Below, in pieces: positions 1-12,644 of a stretch of DNA of 64,000 nt. Within the stretch, counting starts at the first letter, position 1, and every line of letters starts with the position of its first letter. The notes under the pieces were generated by a model, which was given only the letters and a program-made list of their open reading frames with translations, did no database searches and was not told the DNA's origin. The stretch is from the human T2T-CHM13v2.0 reference genome, Homo sapiens, in NCBI RefSeq assembly GCF_009914755.1, contig NC_060931.1; one strand, given 5' to 3'. Both the position numbers and the translations under genes were made by a program.

Positions 1-30
1 CTCCAGCCTGGGCAACAGAGTGAGACTCTG

Positions 31-76
<46 letters not shown>
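1..76 (+). mobile_element. Alu 3' end with 46-nt pure poly(A) tail (truncated by window start)
   Basis: ctccagcctgggcaacagagtgagactctg followed by an A run at 31-76. Confidence 0.95.
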
Positions 77-80
<4 letters not shown>

Positions 81-189
81 AGTAATCATGCCCACCTACC
101 AGTTTCCATGGAAAGATTAAATAAGGTAACAGATAAAGCCAATTTATGGTTTTAGAAAAATAAAAAGTCAACAATAAACCTCTGTTTTA

Positions 190-1400
190 GATTTTATTTT
201 AATTAACAAATATTAATTGTACATATTTATGGGGCACAATGTAATATCTTGATATATTTACACATTGTGTGATAATTAAATCAAGCTTATGAACATGTCC
301 ATCACCTCATATACTTACTATTATTTTGTGATGAGGACAATTAAAATCAAATTTTAACCAACTTTCAAATATACAATACATTATTATTAACTATAGTCGC
401 CATGCTGTTCAGTAGGCCACTAAAACGCACCTCCTCTCTAACTGAAACTTTGTACCCTTTAACCAACATCTCCTCTTTCTTCAACGTTTCCCCTTCATCC
501 TCTGGTAACAAACTGCTTCTATGAGTCTGACATTTTTAGATTTTACATACAAGTGAGATTTTATAGTACTTATCTTTCTCTGTCTTGCTTATTTCACTTA
601 GCATAATGTCCCCCAGATTCATCTATGTTTTTAGAAATAATCAATTTTCTTCTTTTATAAGGCTGTATAGTATTCTATTGTGCATGTATACCATATTTTC
701 TTTATCCAGTCATTCATTGATAGACCTTAGTTTGCTTCCATTTCTTGCCTATTGTGAATAATGCCTCAAAAACGTAGGAGGGCAAATATGTTTGTAACAT
801 ACTGATTTTAATTCCTTTGGATACATATCCAGAAGTAGAATTGCTAGTTTATATAGTATTTTAGTTTTTTTGAGTAATCTTCATATTTTTTTCCATAATG
901 GCTGTATCAATTTACATGATCAACAGTGTGCAAGGGTTCCTTTTTCTCTGTTCTTGACAATATTTGATACATTCTTGTGATTTTTTTTGATAATAATCAT
1001 TCCAACAGGTCTGAGGTGGTATCTCATTGTGGTGTTAGCCAGCACTTCCCTGATGATTAGTGATGTTGAGCATTTTATCATATAGCTGTTGACTATATGT
1101 CTTCTTTTAAGAAATATCAGTTCAGGCCCTTTGTCCATTTTAAAATCAGGATTTTTTTGATTGAATTGAGATTTTTATACATTTTTGATATTAGTTCCTT
1201 ATTGGATATATGGTTTGCAAATGTTTTTCCCCAATCCATGTATTATTTCTTCACTCTGTTAGTTGTTTCCTTTGCTATGCAAAAGTTTTTTATTTGACAT
1301 AATCCTATTTTATTTTTGGTTTTGTTGTGTGTATTTTTAGGGTCATATTCATAAACCAATTACCTAGATCGATGTCATAGGGCTTTTCCTCTATGTTTTT
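190..1400 (-). mobile_element. L1MA-type LINE-1 3' fragment (approx. L1MA7-10)
   Basis: Reverse L1MA 3' UTR motifs (tacacattgtgtgataattaaatcaagc, catcacctcatatact, aactgaaactttgtaccctttaaccaacatc). ORF 920-1138 contains ORF2 C-terminal remnants (TTMRYHL, EKGTL). Confidence 0.85.
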
Positions 1401-2099
1401 TAAAGTCAGATTCTGAATATATGCATCTTGAAATTTATATTGGTTTTCATTTGCCAGGTGGTAATCTTATCAAAATTTAATAATTGCTATGATAGTATAT
1501 GATATGACATGATATAGTGATTGTTATACTTCTATTTACATTCTTTTTGAAGGAAACATGTAAGATATTCTAAAGGCTAGTTCAGAGTATTTGATCAAAC
1601 TCCCTGAATCAGACGATGACAAGAGCAAAATTTCTTTCATTTGCCATGACAGCGAAAACTCTGTGGGACACTTCTTTCACAGATAGTACTGTGGTATGCA
1701 GCAGGTCTTGAAGAGGAAAACAACCTTTTTTCTTCAGCTGATTTGAAAAATTTGAGCTTGTCATAAAGGGCAAAATGTATGGAAAATTTTCTATATATTT
1801 AATTTATGGCTTGCCTTCTTGAGAGAGGAGATATTTTAAAAAGATCTCTTAACTGCTTTTGATCAAGGTTTGTGCTTCTTTAAAAAAATCACAAATCCTG
1901 AACATTAGTTTACTCTGAATACTAATAACACAGGACATTAGAGAAATACTTTTAGCCATTGAAAGAAAAGACTTGGTTATGATAGCTATGCCCTTCTCTT
2001 CCTTTGGGCCTACAGAACTGTATGATCCATTCCAGAGAGAAGGTCATAGTATCATGTTTCCTAACTTACTCTAGCACAAAACTATTTTGCTTAATATAA

Positions 2100-2760
2100 T
2101 TCTCTGAATATTTATTGATTTTATAAATGGTTGGTAGTTGTAATTGTAGATGATTTAGAAGAAGAGCATGACATGACTTTGCCCTTAAGGAGCTTAAAAT
2201 GTACTGAGGGTACAGCACAGGAAATCAAAAGAAACTGTTATTTAAACTAATTTAATCAAATGTATTAAACAATCAATAGACTTGGCCTTCAAAGAAAGTA
2301 TAGATTAATGTGAATTGTAGTAGTTTCAAAAATTGTCATGAAGGTTATAAAAAGGTTGACAGAAGTTATATATTAAAGAATGGATAAGGTTTATATGATG
2401 ATAAGGACAAGGCCAGTGTTTTGGTGAGTACAGTCATGTTGATGGTATGTTCTCAGTAGTGTGATGAAACACTTTGGGTAATAAAAAGACCTCTGGTTGG
2501 GTGTGGAACAGTGGTTCCTTGGATACAAAGGGACAGACTGAAATATGGAAAGAACTATGTAAGCATAACTCTACTCACAATGGAAATCCAATATAGGATT
2601 TTGAAAGATAAAATAAGTTGATAAGATAAATATTTAGGAAGTTTTCTAATATTATAGTTTAAATTAGAAAGACAAAGAATATATATAAAAAAGGAAGGTC
2701 ATTGCAGTTACCCAGGATTGGAATGATGAAGCTCTAAACTAGGAAAATGGCAGCAGAAAT
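2100..2760 (-). mobile_element. Degraded L2 LINE fragments
   Basis: L2-like stretches gcccttaaggagcttaaaatgtactgaggg and cattgcagttacccaggattggaatgatgaagctctaaactagg; boundaries approximate. Confidence 0.5.
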
Positions 2761-3239
2761 TAAACATTGTATTTCACATGGAATAACTTTTTGAGGTAGG
2801 TAAAACCAATACTCGTTAAAGAGATTAAAAACAAAACAAAAAAACAAGGTATTAAGAGGTTGGATTAGAATGCAAAGTCAATGAGCATCCAGATGTATTT
2901 GCTCCAAGCACTGAATATTTTTTAGTAAATAATGAAATCTCCAATGATTATTTAGGTAGAAGAAAAGTGTTATTTATAATTTTAGTTTGTCACCATTAAT
3001 GCTACTGCTCTTGCTTTACCCAACCTTTTTTATTAATTTTCTCTCTTGATATGTAAGATTGCTTCTTCAATTTGATACTGAGCCCTACATAATGCAGAAG
3101 ATAATTAGAATTCCTCAGAAATCATGAATACTAACATAGCATATTTTCTTCAAAGGATCGTGTTAGAAATGAAATGATTTTAGAGCAACTACCACACTAC
3201 ATAGCACAAATTATTGCAGAGTATTATGGTTCAAATATA

Positions 3240-3243
<4 letters not shown>

Positions 3244-3294
<51 letters not shown>
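3244..3294. repeat. (TA)n microsatellite, ~25 units
   Basis: Uninterrupted atatat run; produces the IYIYIY tract in ORF 3174-3440. Confidence 0.97.
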
Positions 3295-3299
<5 letters not shown>

Positions 3300-3597
3300 G
3301 TCAATATGGGTTTCATTCTAAATGTTTATTATATTTTTATGTCTGTTTCTTCCCTGACTTTCCACTTGCTCTTCTTTCGGCCTGGAATATCCTTTTTAAC
3401 CGATACTTCAGGTCCTCTCTCCTTGACTAATTCTGGCTAATCCCTGGAGACTAAGGCAAGCTTTGTTTCTGTCACAAAAAATTTCCTAATCCCCTTAAAT
3501 TGGACTAAAGCCACATAACTCAAGAGTGTCTTACACAAACTATTTTTTTCATTTTTTTTTTGGTGCCAGTTATCATAACTATAGACTAAAAGAAACC

Positions 3598-3864
3598 GTG
3601 CAGCTCATGCCTGTAATCCCAGCATTTTGGGAGGCCGAGGTGAGCAGATCACTTGAGGTCAGGCATTTGAGACCAGCCTAGGCACCATGGTGAAACCCCA
3701 TCTCTACCAAAATATGAAAAATTAGCTGGGCATGGTGTCCCATGCCTATGGTCTCAGCAACTCCAGAGACTGAGATTGGAGGATCACTTGAGCCTGGGAG
3801 ATGGTGGTTGTAGTAAGCTGAGATTGAGCCACTGCATTCCAGCCTAGGTGACAGAGTGAGACCC
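3598..3864 (+). mobile_element. AluJ-type SINE lacking poly(A) tail
   Basis: gctcatgcctgtaatcccagc...ggaggatcacttgagcctgggag (J diagnostic)...gacagagtgagaccc, then L1 sequence with no A tail. Confidence 0.9.
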
Positions 3865-4274
3865 AATCAATGATAGGCTAGATAAAGAAAATGTGGTACA
3901 TATACACCATGAAATACAATGCAGCCATAAAAAATAATAAGATTATGCCCTTTGCAAGGTCATAAATGGAGCTGGAGGCATTATCATTAGCAAACTAATT
4001 CAGGAACAGAAAATAAAATGCAGCATGTTCTCACTTATAAGTGGGAGCTAAATGATGAGAACACGTGGGCTCGTAGAGCAGAACAAAACACACTGGGGCC
4101 TATCAGAGGGTGGAAAGTGGGAGGAGGAAAAGCATCAGGAAAAATAACTAATGAGTGCTAGGCTTATTACCTGGATGATGAAATAATCTGTACAGTAAAC
4201 CCTCATAGCACATGTTTACTTATGTAACAAACATGTACATGTATCCCTGAAATTAAAATAAAAGTTTAAAAAAA
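3865..4274 (+). mobile_element. L1PA (approx. PA10-16) 3' end
   Basis: atcaatgataggctagataaagaaaatgtggtacatatacaccatg...gttctcacttataagtgggagctaaatgatgagaacac...ccctgaaattaaaataaaagtt. Confidence 0.9.
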
Positions 4275-4279
4275 TGATA

Positions 4280-4390
4280 CACTATGAGTTCCAAACTCCG
4301 TAAGGGCAAGAACTGTATATGTCTTATCCACCACTCTCTTCTCAGTATCTAATATAGTACTTCTTCTTAGTATGGAAAAAGTATCTGTTG
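4280..4390 (+). mobile_element. L2 3' terminal fragment
   Basis: ctccgtaagggcaagaactgtatatgtcttatccaccactct resembles the L2 3' end. Confidence 0.5.
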
Positions 4391-5379
4391 AGACTAATTC
4401 TCTGTTTTGCTCTCAGTAAACTCTAGCTGAGCCTGGCGATCAGGGCATCCTTCTCTAAGTTCTTACAGAGCATCCCTCCACTGGGTCCTGATGCAGAATT
4501 AGAGGCTTTGTACTCTGTAGCTCCACAGCACTTCTACATATGCTTTGTATTAATAAACACAGCATTTGGAAGGTTTTCTCTATATTTACAGGGCACCATT
4601 TATGCCTAGGAAAACTGCCTTTTATCTTGCAAAGAGTGGTAGCATCTGTCTCTTACCAGCTGAACAACGAAGGTCTCATTTTATAATCTCTCTGAGACTG
4701 CTTCCACCAGTCTAAAATTAAAAATATATAAGGCAATTTATAGTAAGATAGTGGGAATTAAATAAATCAAATTAAGTTAAATAAAGTGTGTGAATGTACA
4801 GCATATAGAACTTGGAATGTAGTAAGTTGTCAATAAATTTTTGTGTTTTTCTTTCCTTTTATTCCCTTATGCTGCTTTTCCTTCTTTCAACTTCCCTTCT
4901 TCTCTTTTATTTCCTCATAGTTTGTGAACAATAAAAGTTAAGAACAATTATTAAATTTCCTTTTGTGTCACCAACACTAATCAAAGTAGCATAGTGGCTG
5001 AACTGTCATAGTTGTTGAATGAAAATTTTAGAGTAAACAAATGATTGAATGAATGACAAAACAAATACCAAAAAGATAACTCACTTCTGCCCATTTTCTG
5101 AACCATAAAATCTATGTGGGGATATTATATAATCAAAATTGGGAAGAAATTCTCTGTTAACTCTAAATACTCCCTCATTATTTGCTTAATATGTAAATAG
5201 GAATGCAATTATTATAATTTATTTTTTTCAGGGTAAGAAAATTCTTATGAGAGAGAATAGACTAGGAAACAGGCTTTTAAAGCATAGTTGCAATTATTTT
5301 CAGGCTGTTTCTTCTTTCCTTCCTTCTTTATTGTTTAATTATAGCTTTCTTTTTTATTCTTTGCTTTTTATTTCTTTTT

Positions 5380-6036
5380 AGATATGATGTTAGCTAAATA
5401 ATTTTTTCTAGATTCCTTTGATTAGGTTAAAGGCATTTTCCTCTATTAGTAGTTTGATGATAATTTTTATCATAAGATTTTAAAATTTATCAAATTATTT
5501 TTGTGTATTTATTGATATAATCATGTAGTTATTCCTTATTCAGTTAATATGGTATGTTACATTAATTGATTTTCAAATGTTAAAACTATTTTTGTATTCC
5601 TGAGATATATTCCTTTTGGCCATGGTATGTAAATTATTTTATGTGTCACTGAATTTCATTTCCCAATATTATCTTATGGATTTTTGCATCTAGGTTTATA
5701 AGAGACATTGGTCTATAGATTTTTTATGCATTAATTATCTGGCTTAGGTATCAAACCTACACTAGCCAAATCAGATAATTTCCTCTATTATCTGCAATTC
5801 TTCATCCAATAATGGTATTTATTCCTTAAACATTTGATAGAATTTATCTGTGAAGAAATCTGGGAATTAAATTTTATTTGTGAAAAGACGTTTACTTGTT
5901 AATTGAATTCATTTATGTTTAGCGGTCTTTAAGATTTTCTAATACTTCCTGAGTCAGTAGGGTATTTTCTGTGTTTTTTTAGGCATATGTCCACTTTTTC
6001 AAAGTTGCATAATTTGTTGCCATAAACTTTTTTTCA
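5380..6036 (-). mobile_element. Old L1M ORF2 fragment, host of the Alu/THE1 nest; resumes at ~8551-8800 and ~10010-10430
   Basis: gatatgatgttagct..., ggatttttgcatctaggtttataagagacattggtctatag and ttgatagaatttatctgtgaag are reverse L1 ORF2 motifs. Confidence 0.75.
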
Positions 6037-8550
6037 GCCTGGACGCAGTGGCTTATATTTGTAATCCCAGTGCTTTGGGAGGTCAAGGTGGGCAGATCAC
6101 CTGAGGTGGGGCCTTGCCAACATGGTGAAACTCCATCTCTACTAAAAATACAAAAATTAACTGGGTGTGGTTGCACATGTCTATAACCCCAGCTACTCAG
6201 GAGGCAGAGGTATGAGAATTGCTTGAACCTGGGAGGCAGAGGCCACAGTGAGCAGAGACCATGCCACTGCACTCCAGCCTGGGCTACCATATTAGTTTGT
6301 TTTCACACTGCTAATAAAGACATACGCAAGACTGGGTAATTTATAAAGAGAAAGACATTTAATAGACTCACAGCTCCACATGGCTGGGGAGGCCTCACAA
6401 TCATGGTGGAGGGTGAAGGAGGAGCAAAGACATGTCTTACATGGAAACAGGCAAGAGAGCGTGTGCAGGGGAACTACCCTTTATAAAACCATTAGATCTC
6501 ATGGGACTTATTCACTATCATGAGAACATTACAGGCAAAAGCACACCCCCATTATTCAATTACCTCCAACTGGGTCCCTCCCACGGTATGTGGGAATTAT
6601 GGGATCTACAATTCAAGATGAGATTTGGGTGGGGACACATGTACTCACATTTCAAAACACAATTATGCCTTCCCAACAGTCCTCCAAAATCTTAACTAAT
6701 TTCAGCATTAACTCAAAAGTCTACAGTGTAAAGTTTCATCTCAGACAAGGCAAGTCCCTTCCACCTAGGAGCCTGTAAAATCAAAAGCAAGTTAATTACT
6801 TCCTAGATACAATGGGAATACAGGCATTGGGTAAATACACCCATTCCAAATGGGAGAAACTGGACAAAACGAAGGGACTACCAGCTCTATGCAAGTCTGA
6901 AATCTAGTGGGGGAGTCAAATCTTAAAGCTCCAAAATGATCTCCTTTGACTCTATGTCTCACATCCATGTCATGCTAATAATGCAAGAAGTGTGTTCCCA
7001 TGGTCTTGGGCATCTCTGCCTCTGTGGCTTTGCAGGATGTAGCCTCCTTCCTTGCTGCTTTCATTGGTTGGTATTGAGTTTCTGCAGCTTTTCCAGGCAC
7101 TTGGTGCAACCTGTCAGTGGATCTACAATACTGGATTCTGGAGGACAGTGGTCTTCTTCTCACAATTCCACTAGGCAGTGTCCCAGTGACAACTCTGTGT
7201 GAGACTCCAACCCCACATTTCCTTCCTACACTGCCCTACTAGAGGTTCACCATATGGGCTCTGCCTTTGCATTGGACTTCTGTCTGGACATCCAGGTATT
7301 TTCATATATCCTCTGCAAGAATGTATGGAAACCTCAATTCTTGACTTTTGTGCACCCATAGGCTCGATAAAATGTGGAAGCTACCAAGACTTGGGGCTTT
7401 CACCCTCTGAAGCCATGGCCTGAGCTCTACCTTGGCCCCTTTTAGCCATGGCTGGAGCAGCTGGGACACAGGGCTCCAAGTCCCTAGGCTGCATACAGCA
7501 GGGGGGCCCTGGACCCTGACCAGGAATCCATTTTTCCCTCCTTGGCCTCCAGGCCTGTAACGGGAGGGACTGCTGTGAAGGTCTCTCACATGCCCAGGAG
7601 ACATTTTCCTCACTGTCTTGGTGATTAACATGTGGCTCCTTGTTACATATGCAAATTTATGTGGTGGGCTTGAATTTCTTCCCAGACAATGGGTTTTTAT
7701 TTTCTATTGCAACACCAGGCTGGAAATTTACCAAACTTCTATGCTCTGCTTCCTCTTGAATGCTTTGACACTTAGAAATTTCTTCCACGAGAATACCTCA
7801 AATCATCTCTCTCAAGTTCAAAGTTCCACGGATCTCTAGGGCAGGGGCAAAAAGCTGCCAGAGTCTTTGCTAAAGCATAGCAAGAGTCACCTTTGCTTCA
7901 GTTCCCAACAGGTTTCTCCTCTTCATGTGACCCATATCAACCTGGACATTATTGTCCATATCACTATCAACATTTTGCCAAAGCCATTCAACAAGTCTGT
8001 AGGAAGTTTCAAACTTTCTCACGTTTTCCTATCTTTTCTGTGCCCTCCAAACTGTTCCAACCTCTGCCTGTTTCCCAGTTCCAAAGTTGCTTGCACATTT
8101 TCTGGTATCTTTATAGCAATGCCCCAATCCTGGTAGCAATTTACTCTATTAATCTGTTCTCATGCTGGTAATAAAGATGTTCCTAATACTGGATAATTTA
8201 TAATGGAAGGAGGTGTAATTGACTCACAGTTCCACATGGCTGGGGAGGTCTCACAATCACGGTGGAAGGCGAATGAGGAGCAAAGTCACGTCTTACATGG
8301 CAGCAGACAAGAGAACATGTGCAGGGGATCTCCTCTTTATAAAACCATCAGATCTCATGAGACTTATTCACTATCACTAGAACAGCATGGGAAAAGCTAC
8401 CCCCCTATGATTCATTTACCTCCTACCAGGTGCCCCCCACAACACATGGGAGTTATGAGAGCTAAAATTCAAGGTGGGATTTGGGTAGGGACACAGCCAA
8501 ACCACATCAGTGACAGTGACAGGATAAGACTGTCGCCAAAAAAAAAAAAA
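6037..8550 (+). mobile_element. AluS-type SINE split by a THE1 insertion (6037-6287 and 8510-8550)
   Basis: Alu body ends at ...ccagcctgggctac and resumes as gtgac...aagactgtcgcc(A)13. Flanked by imperfect TSD aaactttttttca / aaagttttttca. Confidence 0.88.
6288..8509 (-). mobile_element. THE1 (THE1B/C-like) MaLR element, LTR-internal-LTR (LTRs 6288-6639 and 8145-8509)
   Basis: Two similar LTRs; the right one ends gggacacagccaaaccacatca. Between them lies ~1.5 kb of THE1-internal sequence (ctcacatttcaaaacacaattatgccttcccaacagtc...). Confidence 0.92.
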
Positions 8551-8629
8551 GTTTTTTCACAATATTTGCCTGTAACTTTTAATTTCTAACACCTCTAATG
8601 ATGAGACCATGTAGTTCTAACTTTAGTAA

Positions 8630-8760
8630 TGTCCTTCTCTTTCTCTTTCTCTTTCTTTTCCTTTCATTTTCCTCTCTTTCTTTCTCTGTCTCTTTCTTTT
8701 TCTCTTTCTCTCTTTCTTTCTGTCTTTCTCTCTCTCTCTCTCTTTCTCTCTTTCTTTTAG
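8630..8760. repeat. CT-rich polypyrimidine low-complexity tract
   Basis: (TC)n/(TTTC)n mosaic. Confidence 0.9.
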
Positions 8761-8829
8761 TCTAACCAAAGGTTTACCAACTTTGTTGATAAATGATCTT
8801 TATTTTTTAGTTATTTTTCTAAATTTTAT

Positions 8830-9955
8830 TTTGGTAAGAATACTAAACCTGAGATCTACCCTTTTGACAACATTTTAAGTATACAATACATTATTTTTGT
8901 GACCATAGGTTCAATGTTGTACAGCAGATATCAGTTATTTATTATTTTTATTTGTGTTTTAAAATCAGCAAGTGACAAATTATGTATATATATGATGTAC
9001 AACATGATGTTTTGATGAATGCATAGTGGAATGATTCAATTGACCTGATTAATGTATCTGTCACCTCACATATCTGTCATATTTGTGATGAGGATATTTA
9101 AAACATATTCAAAAATTGTTGATATTTGTTAAGTACACTATACATTATAGTCAATTATAGTTACTATGCTGCACAATTTATCTCCAAAACTTATTCCACC
9201 TGCCTGAGTGGGATTTTGAACACTTTAACCAACATCCCCTGATTCTGCCTCCTCTCCCCAACCCTGGTTTCTGGTAATCATCATTGTGTTATTTACTTCT
9301 ATGAGTTTAGTTGTTTCAGATTTCACATATAAGTGAGATCAGAAGATATGTATTTTTCTGTGCCTGGCTTATTTAATGTCCTGCCTGTTAATCTATGTTG
9401 TCACAAATAACAGGATTTCCTTCTTTTTAGAGCTGAATAGTATTCCAATTTGTATATATACATTTTCTTATTCTATTCATCCACTGATAGAAACTTAGGT
9501 TAATTTCAAATCTTGTCTATTGTGAATAGTGCTGCAATGAATATGGGTGTCCAGGTATCTCTTTGACATACTGATTTCATTTCCTTTGGATATATATCCC
9601 CAAATGGGATTGCTGGATAATATGGTACTTCTAGTTTTAATTTTTGGAAGTACCTCTATAATGTTTTCCACAGTGCCTGTACTAGTGTACATTCTCTCCT
9701 ACAGTATACAAGGTGTCTCCTTTCTTTACATCCTCAACACTGCTTATGTTCTATCTTTTTGTTAAACTTCCTATTTAGAGGTATGAGGTAATATGTGATT
9801 GTGGTTTCAATTTTTATTTTTGTGATGATTGGTGTTGTTGAGTGCCTTGTCATATGGCTGTTAGTCTTTTGTATGTCTTCTTTTGAGAAATGTCCATTCA
9901 GTTCCTATGCCCATTTTTTAGTCACTTTGTTTTCTTGCTGTTGAGTTGCTTGTGC
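8830..9955 (-). mobile_element. L1MA-type 3' fragments
   Basis: gagatctacccttttgacaacattttaagtatacaataca; tgatgtacaacatgatgttttg; gatttcacatataagtgagatc; ctttgacatactgatttcatttcctttggatatata. Confidence 0.8.
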
Positions 9956-10554
9956 ACATCTTTCTTAACTAAAACTTTATTCTCATTGATTAGTAACTCC
10001 CCTTTGCAAAAAGGCCACTCTTGACTTCATTCATTTTTCTACTCTTGTGTTTTCTACTTCATGGATTTTCACTCCAATTTTTCTTACTTCCTTACTTCTA
10101 TTTAGCTTTGCCTTGGTCCTCTGACCTCTTGAGATGAAAACTCAATTTTTTATTTTAGATTTTTTTTCCTTTTTATGATTAAGTATTCTGTGAACTTCCC
10201 TGTCGGCACTGCTGTAACTACATATGACAATGTTTCTATATAATTTGACTTTCTTTTTCATTTAGGTTTAAGATATTTTCTAACTTCCTCTTTGATTTCT
10301 TCATTTACTCCTGAGTTACATAGAATTGTTCTGCTTAATTTTCAAATAATTTGGTGTTCCCAATTTTCTTTCTGCTGTTCACTCTAATGGAATTCTCTGT
10401 GATAAAAAAACATTATTTGTATTTCTTCACTCCTTCTGACAATATTTCCATCAGTTTATATCCCTTGCTTAAAAATAAGTCCACCCCCTGCCAACAGTGT
10501 TGCTGTTTTCTCGCCTTTTTCTACACTGGTAAAATTTATGCTCACCAACTGAGT

Positions 10555-10775
10555 TAGGAGGATGGCAGCATGGTGAAAAGGCCACAGATTCTCATTGGTA
10601 TTATACAAAACTGCAGCAGTTTTTATGAATAAATGCTTCTCAACTTCTTGTTTTTCTTTGATTGATTTCTGCAGCCCTCAAAATGGTTGTTAAAGATAAT
10701 TTTAAATAGTTTTAGACTTATTATTTAGGGAGAGGATTAGTAAGCTTCTTCACACTACTACAGCCAGATGTCTAC
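10555..10775 (-). mobile_element. Old L1M 5'-terminal fragment
   Basis: ggccacagattctc...aataaatgcttctc...tagggagaggatt...cacactactacagccagatgtc resembles a reversed L1M 5' end. Confidence 0.45.
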
Positions 10776-11009
10776 TTGTAGAGCTTATATCCCAAGTCAC
10801 TTACTGAGGAAAGATTTACTTGCTTGTTTACTTTTTATAGTGAGAAGTGAAAGCAAAGTCTTACTTAATAAAGAATGGAGTGTTAGTTATAGGAAAAAAA
10901 GGACACAGAAATGAAACCTGAGGTAAATTTGTTTAATGTCTTGATTTTTCCAGTGACAGTCCAATATGGGTATTGTGGGTAAAAAAGGTATCTTCATAAG
11001 CTCTTGAGT

Positions 11010-11170
11010 GTATGGAAACAGCCCATGGAGAGTAAAGAGTGTGAGAGACTGAAGTTCTGTTTGCTATGATGTGCTTTGGGAATCTGGGTAGCCAAATCAA
11101 TCTTTGAGCTTCAACACCCTAGTCACTACTAAAGAGTTGAACTATATGATTTGGCACTCATCTCTAAATA
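11010..11170 (+). mobile_element. Degraded MIR
   Basis: gagagactgaagttctgtttg...aatcaatctttgagcttca...gagttgaactatatgat. Confidence 0.45.
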
Positions 11171-11680
11171 TCTAGCTATACAGAAGTTACATTAGAGTCA
11201 ATTTTAATATAGAATTTCTTGGTTTCCTCTGTAAAGTTCTGATTCAGTGTGTGAGACAAGGAGGCAAGGTATTTGTTTTTAGCCAGCTTCTCTGTAGAGT
11301 CTACATGGAGCCAAGCTATTGGGGCACTGCTCTCTTCCCCTCCACGCCACACCAAGGTTTCATGATTCTTCCTCTTGCCTATGTCAGGTATTATAAGTAG
11401 ATATTCTTTTTTTCTAAACAATTATACAACAAAAATATGGTGTTTTCTTGGTGCATTGGATTTCTCTGAAATCAAATGTCTTTTCCCCTCCCCCATTGAT
11501 TATGGTATCTGGTTCAGTTACTGAATATAGTTTATGTAGGTGTTAGCAGCTCTGCAAAAAGGAGATTGCTTACTTAGTAAAAATACTGGTACAGCCCTCT
11601 CTACATGAACCAATAATGCATGTCAGGCCAAAGAGGGCTGGAAAAATCTTTGCATCACTCATCGTGTTGTCTGTTCACAT

Positions 11681-12644
11681 TGAAGGGGTGGCCTGCCCCT
11701 TCACACCTGTGGGCGTTTCTCGTCAGGTGGAACGAGAGACTTGAGAAAAGAAAGAGACACAGAGACAAAGTATAGAGAAAGAAAATGGGCCCAGGGGACA
11801 GGTGCTCAGCATACAGAGGACCCACACCGGCCCCAGTCTCTGAGTTCCCTCAGTATTTATTGATCATTATCGGGGGTTTCTCGGGGAGGGAGATGTGGCA
11901 GGACAATAGGGTAATAGTGGAGAGAGGGTCAGCAGGAAAACATGTGAACAAATGTCTCTACATCATAAACAAAGTAAAGGAAAAAGTGCTGTGCTTTTGA
12001 TGTACATAAACATCTCAATGCCTTAAAGAGCAGTATTGCCTCCAGCCTGTCTCACCTCCAGCCCTAAGGCGGTTTTCTCCTATCTTAGTAGATGGAATAT
12101 ACAATCCGGTTTTACACTCAGACATTCCATTGCCCAGGGACCAGCAGGAGACAGATGCCTTCCTCTTATCTCAACTGCAAAGAGACCTTCCTCTTTTACT
12201 AAGCCTCCTCAGCACAGACCCTTTATGGGTGTCAGGCTGGGGGACAGCCAGGTGTTTCCCTCCCCACAAGGCCATATTTCAGCCTATCACATGGGGAGAA
12301 AACTTGGACAATACCTAGCTTTCCTAGGCAGAGGTCCCTGCAGCCTTCCGCAGTGTTTTGTGTCCCTGGGTACTTGAGATTAGGGAGTGGTGATGACTTT
12401 TAACAAGCATGCTGCCTTCAAGCATTTGTTTAACAAAGCACATCCTGCATTACCCTTAATCCATTAAACCTTGAGTCAACACAGCGCATGTTTCTGTGAG
12501 CACAGGGTTGGGGGTAGGGTTACAGATTAACAGCATCTCAAGGCAAAATAATTTTTCTTAGTACAGAACAAAATGGAGTCTCTCATGTCTACTTCTTTCT
12601 ACATAGACACAGTAACAGTTTGATCTCTCTTTCTTTTCCCCACA
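11681..12644 (-). mobile_element. HERV-K (HML-2) solo LTR, LTR5A/LTR5B type
   Basis: On the minus strand it starts TGTGGGGAAAAGAAAGAGAGATCA and ends GGGGCAGGCCACCCCTTCA (not LTR5_Hs termini). 5-bp TSD cacat at 11676-11680 and 12645-12649. Confidence 0.95.

Noticed and set aside
1570-1690. Short open stretch (KASSEYLIKLPESDDDKSK...) that looked exon-like
   Set aside because: No recognisable homology and no convincing splice sites.
3174-3440. ORF with IYIYIY repeat (and the HTHTHT ORF at 36013-36345)
   Set aside because: Microsatellite read-through.
6545-8425. DUX4-like sites in the THE1 LTRs
   Set aside because: Both copies deviate from the TAATTGAATCA THE1 site (TAATTGAATAA and TAAATGAATCA on the minus strand); activity cannot be supported from sequence.
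6432-8589. Many short ORFs in the THE1 element
   Set aside because: Fragmented MaLR LTR/internal sequence with no intact long ORF.
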